This document shows, in pieces, positions 34,615 to 45,955 of a stretch of DNA of 64,000 bases. The DNA is from Naegleria gruberi (taxonomy: Eukaryota), in the NCBI GenBank assembly GCA_000004985.1, contig GG738903.1; one strand, 5' to 3'. How positions within the stretch are numbered: the stretch's first letter is position 1; the number at the start of each line of letters is the position of its first letter. The notes below the pieces were generated by a model. That model did not search any database, had not been told where the DNA came from, and saw only the letters and a program-made list of their open reading frames with translations. Both the position numbers and the translations under genes were made by a program.

Positions 34615-36219
34615 ATGAGTTATAAAACAGTGTTTAAAGCTTTATTCGCACTCGTAATAGTTGCTCTTTTACAGTCAGCCATCTATCTCCTAGTAGTAAA
34701 GAAGAGCAATGTTGAAGAGTCTAGAGCAGCAAGTCCTTCAGAGAAGAATCGTCCCGAGTTTAGTTCACCCTATCATCATCAAATGTTTTTAAATTATTCT
34801 TCGAGGATATTTACGGAGAGTGATTATTCTCATCAACGTCCAGGATTTTCCGAAATTATGAAACATGATTTGAAAGAGTTGTATAAATCAATGATTAATG
34901 TGGATGATCAGGTGAATAGAGCATTATCTATTTCTCTGGATCGTCCAATTGATTTTAGTAAAATGGATACGTATAGAAGAAGGATTAGAAGATATTTTGA
35001 AAAGGATAGAGTTTGGGATAGTTCTATGCATAAACATCAAATAACCTATTCACCATTTGATTCAGTTGTGGTACCTGCAGATTATTTCCTTGAAAATTAT
35101 CCAATTTATCGTAATTTTGTACTTCCACACACTGAAATTTACATGTTGAGAGAAAAGAATGTTCATGCCATCTATGATAATGACTATTCCACAACATTAC
35201 AAACTCTTGCAAAACATATAGTTGGAGAGGAGTGTTGGAAAAAAAAGATTGTAATGCTTCATGATACATTTCATTTCCATTCTGGTGGACCTAGAAAAGT
35301 AGGAATTACTTTAATGTCTGCATTGAAACTTATTGGAAAGGAATTTATTTCTACTGAGGATATTGATAGTCCTGATGTATTGAGTGCAGATGCTATGTAT
35401 TCCTATCATCCAATTCAACATACAAAAGTTGTTGATAGACTTTTAAGAGAAAAGCTAAAAGACAATTTCGTATATTTTGTTGGACCTACCATAGCACCTG
35501 ATATACATGCACATCATTACAGTAGATTGGGAGATAAAGTTAGAGTTTTAACAGCTTCACATTGGGTAAAATATCATGACTATGGTCCTGCTCTACCAAA
35601 ATCTATGAAATTATTGGTTTATCCAACACCAATTAACACAAAAATTTGGTCACCAAAACCAAAACAAGAACCTCCAAGTATGGATGGTGTATTATATATC
35701 AAGAATTGTGGACAGGGAGCTCCAGAGACTGTTAAGAGTCTAACTGAATCATTATTGAAGAATAATGCATACTTTTCCAATAGTACTCTCCATTTTTTTG
35801 GTTATGGTGGATATACTGAGCCACAATATTGGAAATTATTGAGAGAAAAGGCTAGATTTGCTGTTGTGTGCGTATCAACAGAAACTCAGGGCATTGCTCT
35901 CGAAGAAATGATGTCCATGAACATTCCTCTCTTTATTTTATGGGACAAGGGAAATTCTTACAGAGAGGCTGATTCACCAACTTCTGTTCCATATTTCTCT
36001 GAAGGAAAAACAGGAGTAATCTCAAAATTTAGTGAGATGCCTACTACTTTTCCTGATTTCTTAAAAAAGGTCGAAACCAATCAGTTTCAACCAAGACAGT
36101 ACGTTGCCAATGTGTTCAATTATTTTGATTTGGCCGTTTCATTTCTCGATATGGCTTGTAATTTGAAAAGCACTTTCGAACCAAGAGAAGAATATTTATC
36201 AAAATTTAAAAACATGTAA
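34615..36219 (+). CDS. Type II membrane protein (N-terminal signal anchor) with a large lumenal domain. Possibly a Golgi-type glycosyltransferase-like protein; this is unverified.
   Basis: N-terminal anchor 'FKALFALVIVALLQSAIYLLVV' on a 534-aa ATG ORF. Confidence 0.45.
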   Translation: MSYKTVFKALFALVIVALLQSAIYLLVVKKSNVEESRAASPSEKNRPEFSSPYHHQMFLNYSSRIFTESDYSHQRPGFSEIMKHDLKELYKSMINVDDQVNRALSISLDRPIDFSKMDTYRRRIRRYFEKDRVWDSSMHKHQITYSPFDSVVVPADYFLENYPIYRNFVLPHTEIYMLREKNVHAIYDNDYSTTLQTLAKHIVGEECWKKKIVMLHDTFHFHSGGPRKVGITLMSALKLIGKEFISTEDIDSPDVLSADAMYSYHPIQHTKVVDRLLREKLKDNFVYFVGPTIAPDIHAHHYSRLGDKVRVLTASHWVKYHDYGPALPKSMKLLVYPTPINTKIWSPKPKQEPPSMDGVLYIKNCGQGAPETVKSLTESLLKNNAYFSNSTLHFFGYGGYTEPQYWKLLREKARFAVVCVSTETQGIALEEMMSMNIPLFILWDKGNSYREADSPTSVPYFSEGKTGVISKFSEMPTTFPDFLKKVETNQFQPRQYVANVFNYFDLAVSFLDMACNLKSTFEPREEYLSKFKNM

Positions 36220-36511
36220 ATCTCTTCAACAGTACGATATTTACTAAAATTCTTCCAGACCATAAATCGACGACATTTGAGCATTTCATTAGGGTGGCTG
36301 TCAAAACGTGATTGAAATCATGTGAATCAATCACATTTTGTCACCCACCCAACAAACCACGAGTGAAATCTAAATTCCTTAATAAACACTATCTAATACC
36401 ATGCTATTCTACATTATTTCAATATCTGCTGATTTCATTAATACAAATAAGTTGGTGTATGATTCGTTAAGGATTAAAGCAGTTCCTTAAACAATACAGC
36501 AATATGTTCGT

Positions 36512-37522
36512 TTATTTGATAATGGAATATTTAGAAACCCAACCACTCTTTTCTACTTTGACAATACACAATCTCTTCCATGATGTCAAAGTAAAACATG
36601 TCTTGAATTCACCATCATCTCTAGCTTTCCTCACCTTTCCTCTCACATAGACAACATCATAAAAATGTCCCTTTTGGAAATAATAATTAGGTCTCATATG
36701 TCTCATCTGAATTTCCACACATTCCTCAAACTCTAAATTTTCAATAATGTAATCATATGTTCTATACCAATACACACCATTCTTAAAACAATAACCCTTA
36801 TTTCTCTCAGGGTATGCCCCTTCCATTCCCATATTTATAGCATTAAACATATTCGGGTCCTTAATAGAAATTGAGAAATTGAACCCCTTAACATTATAAT
36901 ATTTTTGGCAATAACATTGACATTTTTTCTGCACTGATCCAACAGAAGATGTTTTTTCATAGGGAAGAAACATTCCCATTGCTGTGTCACATATTGTTCT
37001 GAAATGGAGTGAGGGTTCATCTACTAGATATACATTTGGATTATACATCATTCCTCCATCACTATTCTGATCTAGAATATTCTTGTAAAGTTGTTCTGAG
37101 AAGGGATTAAATAATTTGTTGTTTAGTTTTGCAATCGAAAGTCCATTCCATTGTTGGTTGACTAACATCATGTAAACTTTGCCTTCGACCTTTCCAATAA
37201 ACAGTAAAGCACTTTCTTCCAATTTAAAATCTTCAATAAAAAGAGTCAACTGTTTCTTTTCTAAACAATACTTGCTGATTGATAATTTAAAGTGTCCAAT
37301 CAGGTTGGATGGATAGGAAATTTGAAGTTTGTATCGTTTCTCAGTTTTTCCTCCGTTCACAGAATCAAGTTTCACTTTAATTTTATCTTTCGTACTAATT
37401 GTAAATTCCAATGCTACAAGATTTTTATGTTTTTGTGTTGAATTGCTATTAATTAATCCAAAAACTAAATTGAAATTCGAAGAAAATTCCGACAGCATTG
37501 CCTTGTGCTGCAGTTTAGTCAT
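36512..37522 (-). CDS. Hypothetical protein (336 aa) with no motif I can recognise.
   Basis: ATG ORF on the minus strand. Confidence 0.45.
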   Translation of the reverse strand: MTKLQHKAMLSEFSSNFNLVFGLINSNSTQKHKNLVALEFTISTKDKIKVKLDSVNGGKTEKRYKLQISYPSNLIGHFKLSISKYCLEKKQLTLFIEDFKLEESALLFIGKVEGKVYMMLVNQQWNGLSIAKLNNKLFNPFSEQLYKNILDQNSDGGMMYNPNVYLVDEPSLHFRTICDTAMGMFLPYEKTSSVGSVQKKCQCYCQKYYNVKGFNFSISIKDPNMFNAINMGMEGAYPERNKGYCFKNGVYWYRTYDYIIENLEFEECVEIQMRHMRPNYYFQKGHFYDVVYVRGKVRKARDDGEFKTCFTLTSWKRLCIVKVEKSGWVSKYSIIK

Positions 37523-37637
37523 TTTTTCAATTTAATTGGACAACTAATCTGTTTGAACAAGTTCAATATTGAATTTGATCTTGTTATTTTACAATGTTAT
37601 TCAGTAATTAATTTTAAAAAATATTTCGAAAAGAAAA

Positions 37638-39887
37638 ATGGGCAACTTCTTTCCTTCAGTAACGCTTGAACCACAACAGAAAACTGAACTGGAATCAAAG
37701 TTGAAAAGAAAAATAGATTCTGTTGGTGCCTATCCTGTAAGGAGTCCCAAGAAAAAGGTTCATACAAAATCCGAAACAAAGAAATATCTTCCATCTGATA
37801 TACTTCAGTTTTTTGATATTCCCTTAGTCAACAGGGAAATAGCCTGCAGAAACCTGATGGACAGCTTAATAGAACAAAAAAGCTCAGCGAACCATGGACT
37901 GCTCCCTATTTTGAGCCAGCATTATGGTAGTGGGAAAACTCGTCTTTTAAGAGAGTTTCGACAAGCTTTAAAGGAGAGGAATGATCTTGAGCAATTTACC
38001 TGCTGCGAGTCTGAAACTTCATCAGCAGTAGCAAATAATATTATGCAAGCAGTTCTTGTGGATATGCCTTTAAATAGGGCAACATTAACAAATTCTATAG
38101 AAAAGGACTTGCAATTTCCATTGGGTGGTATAAGTCGTCTCTTTTTATTAAGGCTAAAGACATCTATAGAAGAACATGCAGCAATTTCAAAGGATCCTCT
38201 TGTTTCTAAAACGATGAATGTTTTACGGTATGTGGGTGCGTGTACATACAATCATGTTTCTGATCTTTCGTTTGAAGAAAAAGATATTATTACAGAATTG
38301 AGCTTTTGCTCTGATTGGATGCAGTTTCTTCAATTTTATTCTCGTAATAGACTTTACCCAATATTAATTCTAATAGACGAAGCTTCATATCTAGAGTACC
38401 ATTATAAGGATGGCCATGTGTCCTTTGTTTATCTTTGGGAAAAAGTAATCAAACCTACAATGGGATCATCTTCTCCAGGAATTTACTTTGTGGCTTGTGG
38501 GACATCTTCAACTCTTACGAAACTGGGAAGAGGATTGTTAAGAAACGAAACTAAACTGATTTCTCCCACAAACGCAATTCATATCACGTTAGAAATGTTA
38601 AAAGAAGAGCATATTATGGAGATTTTCGAGAAAGTAATTATATCTAAGGATGGAAAACTTAATGTTAGGCAATTTACTTCTATTTTTTGTAATATTGGAA
38701 ACAACTATGAATACTTTTGCAAAACAGTTTTTTGGTTTACTATGGGTGTTCCAAGATTGGTGCTGTACGTTCTCTCATCTTTAACGCGACATGTTAAAAG
38801 CAATGGACCATTAGATTTCAGCACGAGAGGAAAGATTGACGATGTTTTCAATAACTTTGAAGCAGGTCCAGAGCTTTCACTTGTGAAAACAGCAAAAGAA
38901 ATTTTCCCATTTAATGAATGTACTTCTACTAAGGACAATTTATCTCGCTTTCGTTCAATATTAACAATGGGAGTGTTGAGATTTCCAATTCCTGTAACAG
39001 AGGAGTTTTTGACTGAAATAGACCTTATCCATGATCTTAACGTAGCCGTGGAAACACCAACTATCAATATTGATGGAAAACCAACAGTCATGATCAAAAT
39101 GTTCATTCCAAGGTTTACATTGATTAAGGCAGCCAAGCAAGAAAGCTTGCAACATTTATCTGTCCTAGCTTCTCTTCCTTCCAATTACTACAGATACATA
39201 GACAAGGTCGACTTGCTTGAACAACTATTTCATGACACAATACTAACTAGAGTTTTGGTAACCATCAAATTTTCAAACGCAACGAGATGGCAAAACATCC
39301 ACTCAATATTCTCTCATTCACAGTTTCTAACAGACAAAAAGGTTGAAAGGGAACATGAATTGTTTATGACCACCTCTGTTTTAGGACCCCCAGCTCCTAA
39401 ATCCAAAAGCCCAGGTTTTTTGATATCTGTTCCTGAAGGCAATAGTATAATTGGTATTGCATGTAAAACCAACATGTTTTCATCAATATTTAGTCTAAAA
39501 ATGCTTCAAGACGAAATAGATAAGGCCAGTTTGCTTGAAAAAAACATTACACTTTTTGTTTTTGCCAGACAGTTGACTGCTGAACTAGTTCAGTCTTGTA
39601 AAGATTTAGGGTACTTAAAGTTGACAGAAGGGAAGTGGTCATTTGGTTCCGGCTTAAGTTGCTCAAAGCTAACCACACCTCCAACAGGTGTATGGGCCAA
39701 AGGACTCAAATTTATTGAGAAGACCATAAATGTTTACAAAAACATGGAGGTTATTATATTGGGGAATGATTTGTTCAGTTCATTCTTTACGAAAGAGGAT
39801 ATTGAGCTCCTGACAGAAATTTCTACTGCAAAAACTTATCCAAAAATGGGACTGGTAGAAAATTGGGTTCAATCATTAATTCAATAG
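37638..39887 (+). CDS. N-myristoylated P-loop NTPase of unknown family (749 aa).
   Basis: N-terminus 'MGNFFPS' (Gly2/Ser6). Walker A 'QHYGSGKTRLL'. Walker B-like 'PILILIDEASYLEY'. Confidence 0.55.
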   Translation: MGNFFPSVTLEPQQKTELESKLKRKIDSVGAYPVRSPKKKVHTKSETKKYLPSDILQFFDIPLVNREIACRNLMDSLIEQKSSANHGLLPILSQHYGSGKTRLLREFRQALKERNDLEQFTCCESETSSAVANNIMQAVLVDMPLNRATLTNSIEKDLQFPLGGISRLFLLRLKTSIEEHAAISKDPLVSKTMNVLRYVGACTYNHVSDLSFEEKDIITELSFCSDWMQFLQFYSRNRLYPILILIDEASYLEYHYKDGHVSFVYLWEKVIKPTMGSSSPGIYFVACGTSSTLTKLGRGLLRNETKLISPTNAIHITLEMLKEEHIMEIFEKVIISKDGKLNVRQFTSIFCNIGNNYEYFCKTVFWFTMGVPRLVLYVLSSLTRHVKSNGPLDFSTRGKIDDVFNNFEAGPELSLVKTAKEIFPFNECTSTKDNLSRFRSILTMGVLRFPIPVTEEFLTEIDLIHDLNVAVETPTINIDGKPTVMIKMFIPRFTLIKAAKQESLQHLSVLASLPSNYYRYIDKVDLLEQLFHDTILTRVLVTIKFSNATRWQNIHSIFSHSQFLTDKKVEREHELFMTTSVLGPPAPKSKSPGFLISVPEGNSIIGIACKTNMFSSIFSLKMLQDEIDKASLLEKNITLFVFARQLTAELVQSCKDLGYLKLTEGKWSFGSGLSCSKLTTPPTGVWAKGLKFIEKTINVYKNMEVIILGNDLFSSFFTKEDIELLTEISTAKTYPKMGLVENWVQSLIQ

Positions 39888-39974
39888 TTTCACAAACCAC
39901 ATTCAAAACCAAATTGGATGGTGAGTTTCAACTTAAACGCACTCAGAGGTAAATTGGTCCTTTATTCAGTTAGA

Positions 39975-40899
39975 TTAAACATTGTAATCAAAATGAATTG
40001 GATGTTCATCTCCATCACTTGCAGCATTAATTACAGTAACACCATTTTGTATCTTTTCATATCCATAACCCATGTGGACATGACCAAAACAATTTACCTT
40101 TAAATCTTTCAATTCATTCATTCTGGTCATCAATGAAGGACTTCCATATTTCAAAATTCCATCTAAATGACCCTTTGGTGGTGTATGGGTCACTAGAATA
40201 TTTGTATCTGGATCAATAGTAGCAAAAATCTCTGCAAGCTTTTCCTCACTTCTATAAAAATAATCATTGTCGAATTGACACATGTATTCCTTCTTTTCTC
40301 CAGGTAAATCTGACATATTTGGAATATATGGAGTTCCATAAATTTTAACACCTTCAATTACAACACTGCTATTTTCAAGATAAATAGCATTAGAAAATAA
40401 TTCTTGAATCTTTTCCTTTCCAAGTTTAGAAATATCCACTTCATGATTACCTAATTACAATCATTTCAATAATGTTACAAAATATTTAAATCAAATTATT
40501 AAACAAATATTAAACAAACATACCACAAATAACAATCTTGTGTTTGTAAGGAAGTGTTCCAACCCATTGATTAAACTTTTCAATATCCTCCAATTTTCCC
40601 TCATCAGTCATATCACCACAATGAATAAATACATCACCCTCTGGTAATTGCAGCATATCATGTTTGTTGTGTGTATCACTTATAATTACAAATTTTAATA
40701 CCTTTTTTCCTTCAGAGGTAGGTTGTGGATGAACAATTTCCCATTCAATCTTTTTTGGAGCCTTGATCGCTTCTTGTTCTCTTCGGGATGAGAGTTTCTT
40801 CATCAATTCATCGGAATTAGATGTTGTAGATGATGAAAGTATTTTGGTTGTAGGAGCTTTAACAGCAATGAATGAAGTAGGTGGAGGTGGTGGAGGCAT
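39975..40899 (-). CDS. Calcineurin-like metallophosphoesterase. Two exons: 40524..40899 and 39975..40450. The intron is 40451..40523 (73 nt, GTATGT..TAG).
   Basis: Motifs 'VIISDTHN', 'IHCGDMTDEG', 'ICG|NHE' reconstituted across the intron, 'VTHTPPKG' and 'FGHVHMGYG'. N-terminal 'MPPPPPP'. Confidence 0.75.
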
Positions 40900-41049
40900 T
40901 TTCTAAATATATTGTACTTATGTGATGAACATTTCATTGTTGTGTAGATGATCTAAAACGTCAGGTTCACTATGAACTCGTCAATTTTTTTAAGGTTTTT
41001 TGCTTTCTAAATAATACATTAGTTTCCTTCTTATTATTAAAAACTTAAA

Positions 41050-43413
41050 TTACAATATGATATCTATTGCACTCTCTTCTTTTAGTGAAATGTATTTTGG
41101 AATCAGTTTTTGCATTTCTTTTTCTAGTTCTGTTGTGAATTCTCTATTGTTTTTCAGCTCGTTTGAAGCAAATTTGAGAGTATATGGTATTTCCAATACC
41201 GCAGCAGTTACAATCTGCTTATCGTTTCTCAATTCCTCTGAGGCAAACTTGAGAGCATTTCCATTTTTAGAGATGGCTGCTAGTACTACTTGCCTATCAT
41301 TTTTCAGTTCCTCTGAGACATACTCGAGGTTTAATCCATTTTGTTGTACTTTTTGTAATGCTAATTCTCTATTATCTATTATTGATAGTGGTTGAGAGGA
41401 AAATACAAATGGTAAAATATAAGTAAATGGTTTTTTGAAAATGAGAATGTCGCCATCTTGTTTCAGTTCTTCAGATGCAAATCTAAAGGAAGAGCCATTG
41501 TTTTGAACTGCCTTCATAACAACCTCTTTGTCATTTCTCAATCTATCCGATGCATATTCAAGAACAATTCCATCCAGTTGAACTGCAGCTAGAACAATAT
41601 CCCTATCGTCCCTTAGTTCTTCTGTGCAGTGTTGTAAAGCTATTGGATTATTTTTAACTGCTTCCATAGCAATAATCTTGTTTCCTTTAAAAGATGTTCC
41701 ACAAAATTTAAGAGAATTTCCATTTTTTCTAATGGCCAAGCTAACTATTTCTAAATCATTCCTTAAAGCCTTACATGCATACCCAAGATTGTTACCGTCT
41801 CTTTTAATAGCTTCTGTAACAATATGACGATCTTTCTTCAATTCCTCAGATGCATAACTAAATGATCCACCATCGGTATTCATTGCCTCTATTATTACAT
41901 CCTTATCATTTCTCAAATTTTCACATGAATAATATAGAGCATTACCATAATTCTTCACTGCTTTCAAGACCATTTCCTTATCATTGTTGAAATGAGGAAT
42001 GCAACATAGTGCTTGTCCTTTTAATTCCATTATTTTTAACATGAATTCTCTATTATTCTTCAATTCTTCAGAGGTCAGTGATAGATTTTTAATTGCATCC
42101 TGAGGTTCACTCATCAATGCAACTTGATAAATGATTTGCTGATCATTCAAAAGTTTAGTAGAGGCATACATAATAGCGTTTGAATTTTGAGTAATAGCCT
42201 CCATTACAATTTCAAAATCATTTCTAAAAGAGAGTGCATATTCAAGAGACATGCCATTTTGTTTTACACACCCTAAAACAAGTTCTTTCTCTATCAAAAA
42301 GTCCTCTGGTGATACAAATTGAAGATTGAGGCCATTCTTTTCACATACATACGAAACAACACTCTTACTATTTTTAAATGGGTGTTTTAAATTTTGAAAA
42401 CAATCAACCAAGCTAGTAACTTTGCCATTCAAATTATCAAACATCACCTGAAATATATTTTCAATAGAATATCTATTGTCTTCGTGAATACATGTCATTC
42501 CTTTACATAAGTCCTTAATTACAATCCATGAAGAAGGATCATTCTCAAATTCGCTAATAGTGGTAGTAGTATTAGTAATAATATTTTGGAATAATGTTTC
42601 GATATCATTCCACAATTCTTCTTGTTGATATTTTAATTGTAAGTGAAATCGATCTAGAAATAGAAATGATAGAATAGTAATACCCAGACTAAAAATATCA
42701 CATTTGCAGGAACATTTTCCATTAAGGATTTCTGGAGCAATAAACCCAATTGTACCAGCAAAACCTGTAGCAGAAGAGTAACAGGAGCTAGTACAATCAT
42801 CAACCAATTGCTCATTATTTTCCTCATTTAACAATAACATATCATCTAAATTATTTTCTGCCATTGTGGCACATCCTAAATCTCCCAACACTATCATTCC
42901 CTCCTCACTCATAAAAATATTTTCCGGTTTAACATCTCTGTGAATGATATGATTCAGTGATAGGGATTGCAAAGCTCCACAACACTGCACAATGATTTGT
43001 AATACCATTAAAATTGAAACTCTTTCCAAGTTTTTTCTCACATCACGCAAATTATTTCCTCTAAATTTAGATATAATAACATATTCTCGTAAGGTTATAG
43101 AGGCTTCATCATCATCATTATAATTATTAAAAGTTTTCATCGATAAAACATTGGCATGATTTGTGTGTTTATACTTTTGCAAATACTCGCTTCTGGTTTC
43201 TCCAGTCTCAAGTAAACCTGAATCATCATGAATAATTTTAAAAACCATCAATGATTGATCGCTCATCTTTCTACACTTGTAAACCCATGTTGTTGGATTT
43301 CGGTAAATTTCTGCTATGGGAAAATAGTATTCACCTTGAAATTCAAAACTTGTTCCATTGTTGTTATTATGGAAAAGAAGCGAAGAAATGGTGGACTGAA
43401 GAGATTTGGTCAT
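41050..43413 (-). CDS. Protein kinase (N-terminal) followed by about 12 DUF4116-like repeats. The domain order is inverted relative to the 16723 gene.
   Basis: Kinase motifs 'HRDVKPENIF', 'LGDLGCA' and 'GFIAPEIL'. Repeats such as 'VVLAAISKNGNALKFASEELRNDKQIV'. Confidence 0.7.
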   Translation of the reverse strand: MTKSLQSTISSLLFHNNNNGTSFEFQGEYYFPIAEIYRNPTTWVYKCRKMSDQSLMVFKIIHDDSGLLETGETRSEYLQKYKHTNHANVLSMKTFNNYNDDDEASITLREYVIISKFRGNNLRDVRKNLERVSILMVLQIIVQCCGALQSLSLNHIIHRDVKPENIFMSEEGMIVLGDLGCATMAENNLDDMLLLNEENNEQLVDDCTSSCYSSATGFAGTIGFIAPEILNGKCSCKCDIFSLGITILSFLFLDRFHLQLKYQQEELWNDIETLFQNIITNTTTTISEFENDPSSWIVIKDLCKGMTCIHEDNRYSIENIFQVMFDNLNGKVTSLVDCFQNLKHPFKNSKSVVSYVCEKNGLNLQFVSPEDFLIEKELVLGCVKQNGMSLEYALSFRNDFEIVMEAITQNSNAIMYASTKLLNDQQIIYQVALMSEPQDAIKNLSLTSEELKNNREFMLKIMELKGQALCCIPHFNNDKEMVLKAVKNYGNALYYSCENLRNDKDVIIEAMNTDGGSFSYASEELKKDRHIVTEAIKRDGNNLGYACKALRNDLEIVSLAIRKNGNSLKFCGTSFKGNKIIAMEAVKNNPIALQHCTEELRDDRDIVLAAVQLDGIVLEYASDRLRNDKEVVMKAVQNNGSSFRFASEELKQDGDILIFKKPFTYILPFVFSSQPLSIIDNRELALQKVQQNGLNLEYVSEELKNDRQVVLAAISKNGNALKFASEELRNDKQIVTAAVLEIPYTLKFASNELKNNREFTTELEKEMQKLIPKYISLKEESAIDIIL

Positions 43414-43757
43414 TTTTTATCATCTTTAATTCTTATTGTAATGCAAGTGGTTCATCACGCCTCTGTTGATTCTTGGTGTAATTTCACATCTATTAACTCC
43501 AAGAATTTCAGCACATCAGCTCAACATCTATATAATAGTAATTTGGAATTTATTCCTTCATCATGATTTGGAAATAAAATTTCGATTGTCAGACCTCCAA
43601 TACGAAGAACGTAAACCAATCCAAGGCTTGTATTGCCATGTGTGGTAAGGAAAGGTTAAGGTCGTCAGTGATATTATTGAAAAACTACATGAGATTAACA
43701 TGTCAAGGTGAAATGAGATATTAGAGAGGCAACCAAACAAAAAAAAATACCGAAAGA

Positions 43758-45311
43758 ATGTTCAAGTTTAAACGAAACAATTCTTCGACTAAACTTGAGG
43801 ATATCCACTTGATTTATGAGTTTCCTTTGGAGGCTATATTCGATGTTCCCGAAGCCAAGGAAGAATTTCGTGCCTATCTAAAGAGGGAACACAATGAAGA
43901 ACCTCTTTTGTTTTATGAGGAAGTTGAAGATTTTAAACGACTTAAATTTGAAGAGAATAAGACAAAGAAGGCATTATTCATACTAAAGACTTATGTCATG
44001 CCGAACAGCAGTCATGAAATTAATATATCATCACAATATAGACAGAATATCGTGTTAGGATTTGAAAAATCAGGTCAACTGACTTCAGAAAAGAATATGT
44101 TGGTTGATGAAACTATTTTTGATGATTCACAAAGTGCTATTTTCTATAATTTGAAGAATGACACTTATCCTAGGTTTACCAAATCTGTTCAATTTAACAA
44201 TTTCCTTAAACAAAAGGATGAAGCATTTATTACATCAATTTCTGTACTGAAAAACACAAAATATATGGAGTATATTCCAAAATTTGATGGATTGGTTTGT
44301 GATAGAGATATTCAATTCTTTTCATTCATGGCTTTTAATGATGATGAGGAAGTTTGGGATGAAATTAAAGTTGGAGCAAGTGGTAGAAGAGCTTGTTATC
44401 AATCCAAAAAGGAATTCAACATTGATGAAAATGAGGAAAAAGCAAATGGTAAACTGTTAAAGCAAGTTTTCATTTTACCATGTTCCAAGGAACAAGCTTT
44501 TAATATGTTTTCTCATACTCAAGTTAGACAGGATATTCTAGATGCAGAGAGTATTAATCAGTTAGATTACATTCCAATATCAAAAACAAATAAGTATGCA
44601 CAATCTATTCTCAAGATTGTTATTCAAATGACAGGTTTAACTTGGGTAATGAAACCTAGACAAGCAGTTGTGGCTGGTACTGTAGTTAAAGATACAAAGA
44701 GAAACTGTATTGCTAATATTATGAAGTCAACCAACTCTGTCCTTCTTCCTGAAAAGAAGTCACATGTTAAAGCGAGAGTACTTTCTTCCAGCTTCTTTGT
44801 AGATTGCTACACCACAACACATCTAAATAAGCTCAAAGATCCACCCCACACAAACCATAGTATGAGTTCTGGAGATTTGAGAAAATCAACCTCATCAGCA
44901 TCATCTACTTCCTCCTTTTCAAGAAAAAGCTCAGTAGCATTTGATGACAGCTTGTCTGATATGAGTACTGAATCATTTGGACCAATTGAAAATGCTTGCA
45001 AAGTAATTTGTGTTTCCTACATTGACTTACAATCAATGCAATCTGATTTTATAAGGAAAAAGTTTTTTAATGCGAAAAACAAGGCAGCCCATACAGTATT
45101 TATGAATTCTGTAAAGGAATTTGGAGCTTTAAATTTCCCTAAACCTAAATTCAGTGAGGGACTATATGACACCTTAGATGCTTTTACTTCACACTATACT
45201 ACTGGTGATAATGACACTGTTATGACCTGGGATTTGGAAGAAGAAGAAGAGGGTAATATGTATCCGTGTTATCCAGCCAACGCTGGATTGAAAGGATTTT
45301 GTCAGATGTGA
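43758..45311 (+). CDS. RGS-domain protein. The last 20 codons and the TGA stop are supplied by the left terminal inverted repeat of an inserted MITE. The inferred original C-terminus is '...WDLEEEEQSLHEIITSQLKI'.
   Basis: RGS-like region 'FRAYLKREHNEEPLLFYEEVEDFK...ALFILKTYVMPNSSHEINISSQ'. Confidence 0.65.
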   Translation: MFKFKRNNSSTKLEDIHLIYEFPLEAIFDVPEAKEEFRAYLKREHNEEPLLFYEEVEDFKRLKFEENKTKKALFILKTYVMPNSSHEINISSQYRQNIVLGFEKSGQLTSEKNMLVDETIFDDSQSAIFYNLKNDTYPRFTKSVQFNNFLKQKDEAFITSISVLKNTKYMEYIPKFDGLVCDRDIQFFSFMAFNDDEEVWDEIKVGASGRRACYQSKKEFNIDENEEKANGKLLKQVFILPCSKEQAFNMFSHTQVRQDILDAESINQLDYIPISKTNKYAQSILKIVIQMTGLTWVMKPRQAVVAGTVVKDTKRNCIANIMKSTNSVLLPEKKSHVKARVLSSSFFVDCYTTTHLNKLKDPPHTNHSMSSGDLRKSTSSASSTSSFSRKSSVAFDDSLSDMSTESFGPIENACKVICVSYIDLQSMQSDFIRKKFFNAKNKAAHTVFMNSVKEFGALNFPKPKFSEGLYDTLDAFTSHYTTGDNDTVMTWDLEEEEEGNMYPCYPANAGLKGFCQM

Positions 45312-45955
45312 GTGGATTCCGTCGACTGCCAGTGGATTTTTATCTGGATAAATCAGATAAATCAAGGAAAAATCTGGATTTAATGGATAAAATTAAAGGG
45401 GGGCGAGTAACCAATCATTACCATCATTAAACTGATTCAAAACTTTCTTATAGCCAATGGAATTCATGGCCAAGATCTTGCAATTTACCATCTTGTGCAT
45501 TTCTTATAATTTCTGCAAAGAAAATAACACTGCACATTCACTCAAACTCTTCTATTAAATCTTGCTTTTTTTCCAACTATTTCCAATTTGAATTATAATC
45601 ATATGATTTATTGTTATTTTTGTTTGATCTCTCTTAATACAATCACTAGATGAATAAATTTGTGATTAACTTCCGATTCTACCAATTCTACCAATTCCAA
45701 TATGTTGACTTGATTCACGTGATGAATTGGATCTGTTGCTTGTAGATATGAGTCTTTCTGTGTTAGTTTGCCAACTGAAATAATAGCAGCTCTTCTGTGT
45801 ACTAAATTGTATTTTGCAGCCAATAAAATCGGAAATATCCATCCATTATCCATTTTATCCTGGCTTTGTCTTGATGGGATCCACTTACAGTGGATCCCAT
45901 CTGACAAAATCCTTTCAATCCAGCGTTGGCTGGATAACACGGATACATATTACCC
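45249..45955. mobile_element. Non-autonomous DNA transposon (MITE), 707 bp, with perfect 60-bp TIRs (45249..45308 and 45896..45955) and an 8-bp target-site duplication AAGAAGAA (45241..45248 and 45956..45963).
   Basis: The TIR 'gagggtaatatgtatccgtgttatccagccaacgctggattgaaaggattttgtcagatg' and its exact reverse complement were read directly. No transposase ORF is present inside. Removing the element and one TSD copy restores an in-frame continuation of the RGS gene to a TAA at 46004..46006. Confidence 0.85.

Noticed and set aside
41057-41827. Plus-strand ORFs antisense to the DUF4116 kinase.
   Set aside because: They are antisense translation of a repetitive coding region with no independent support.
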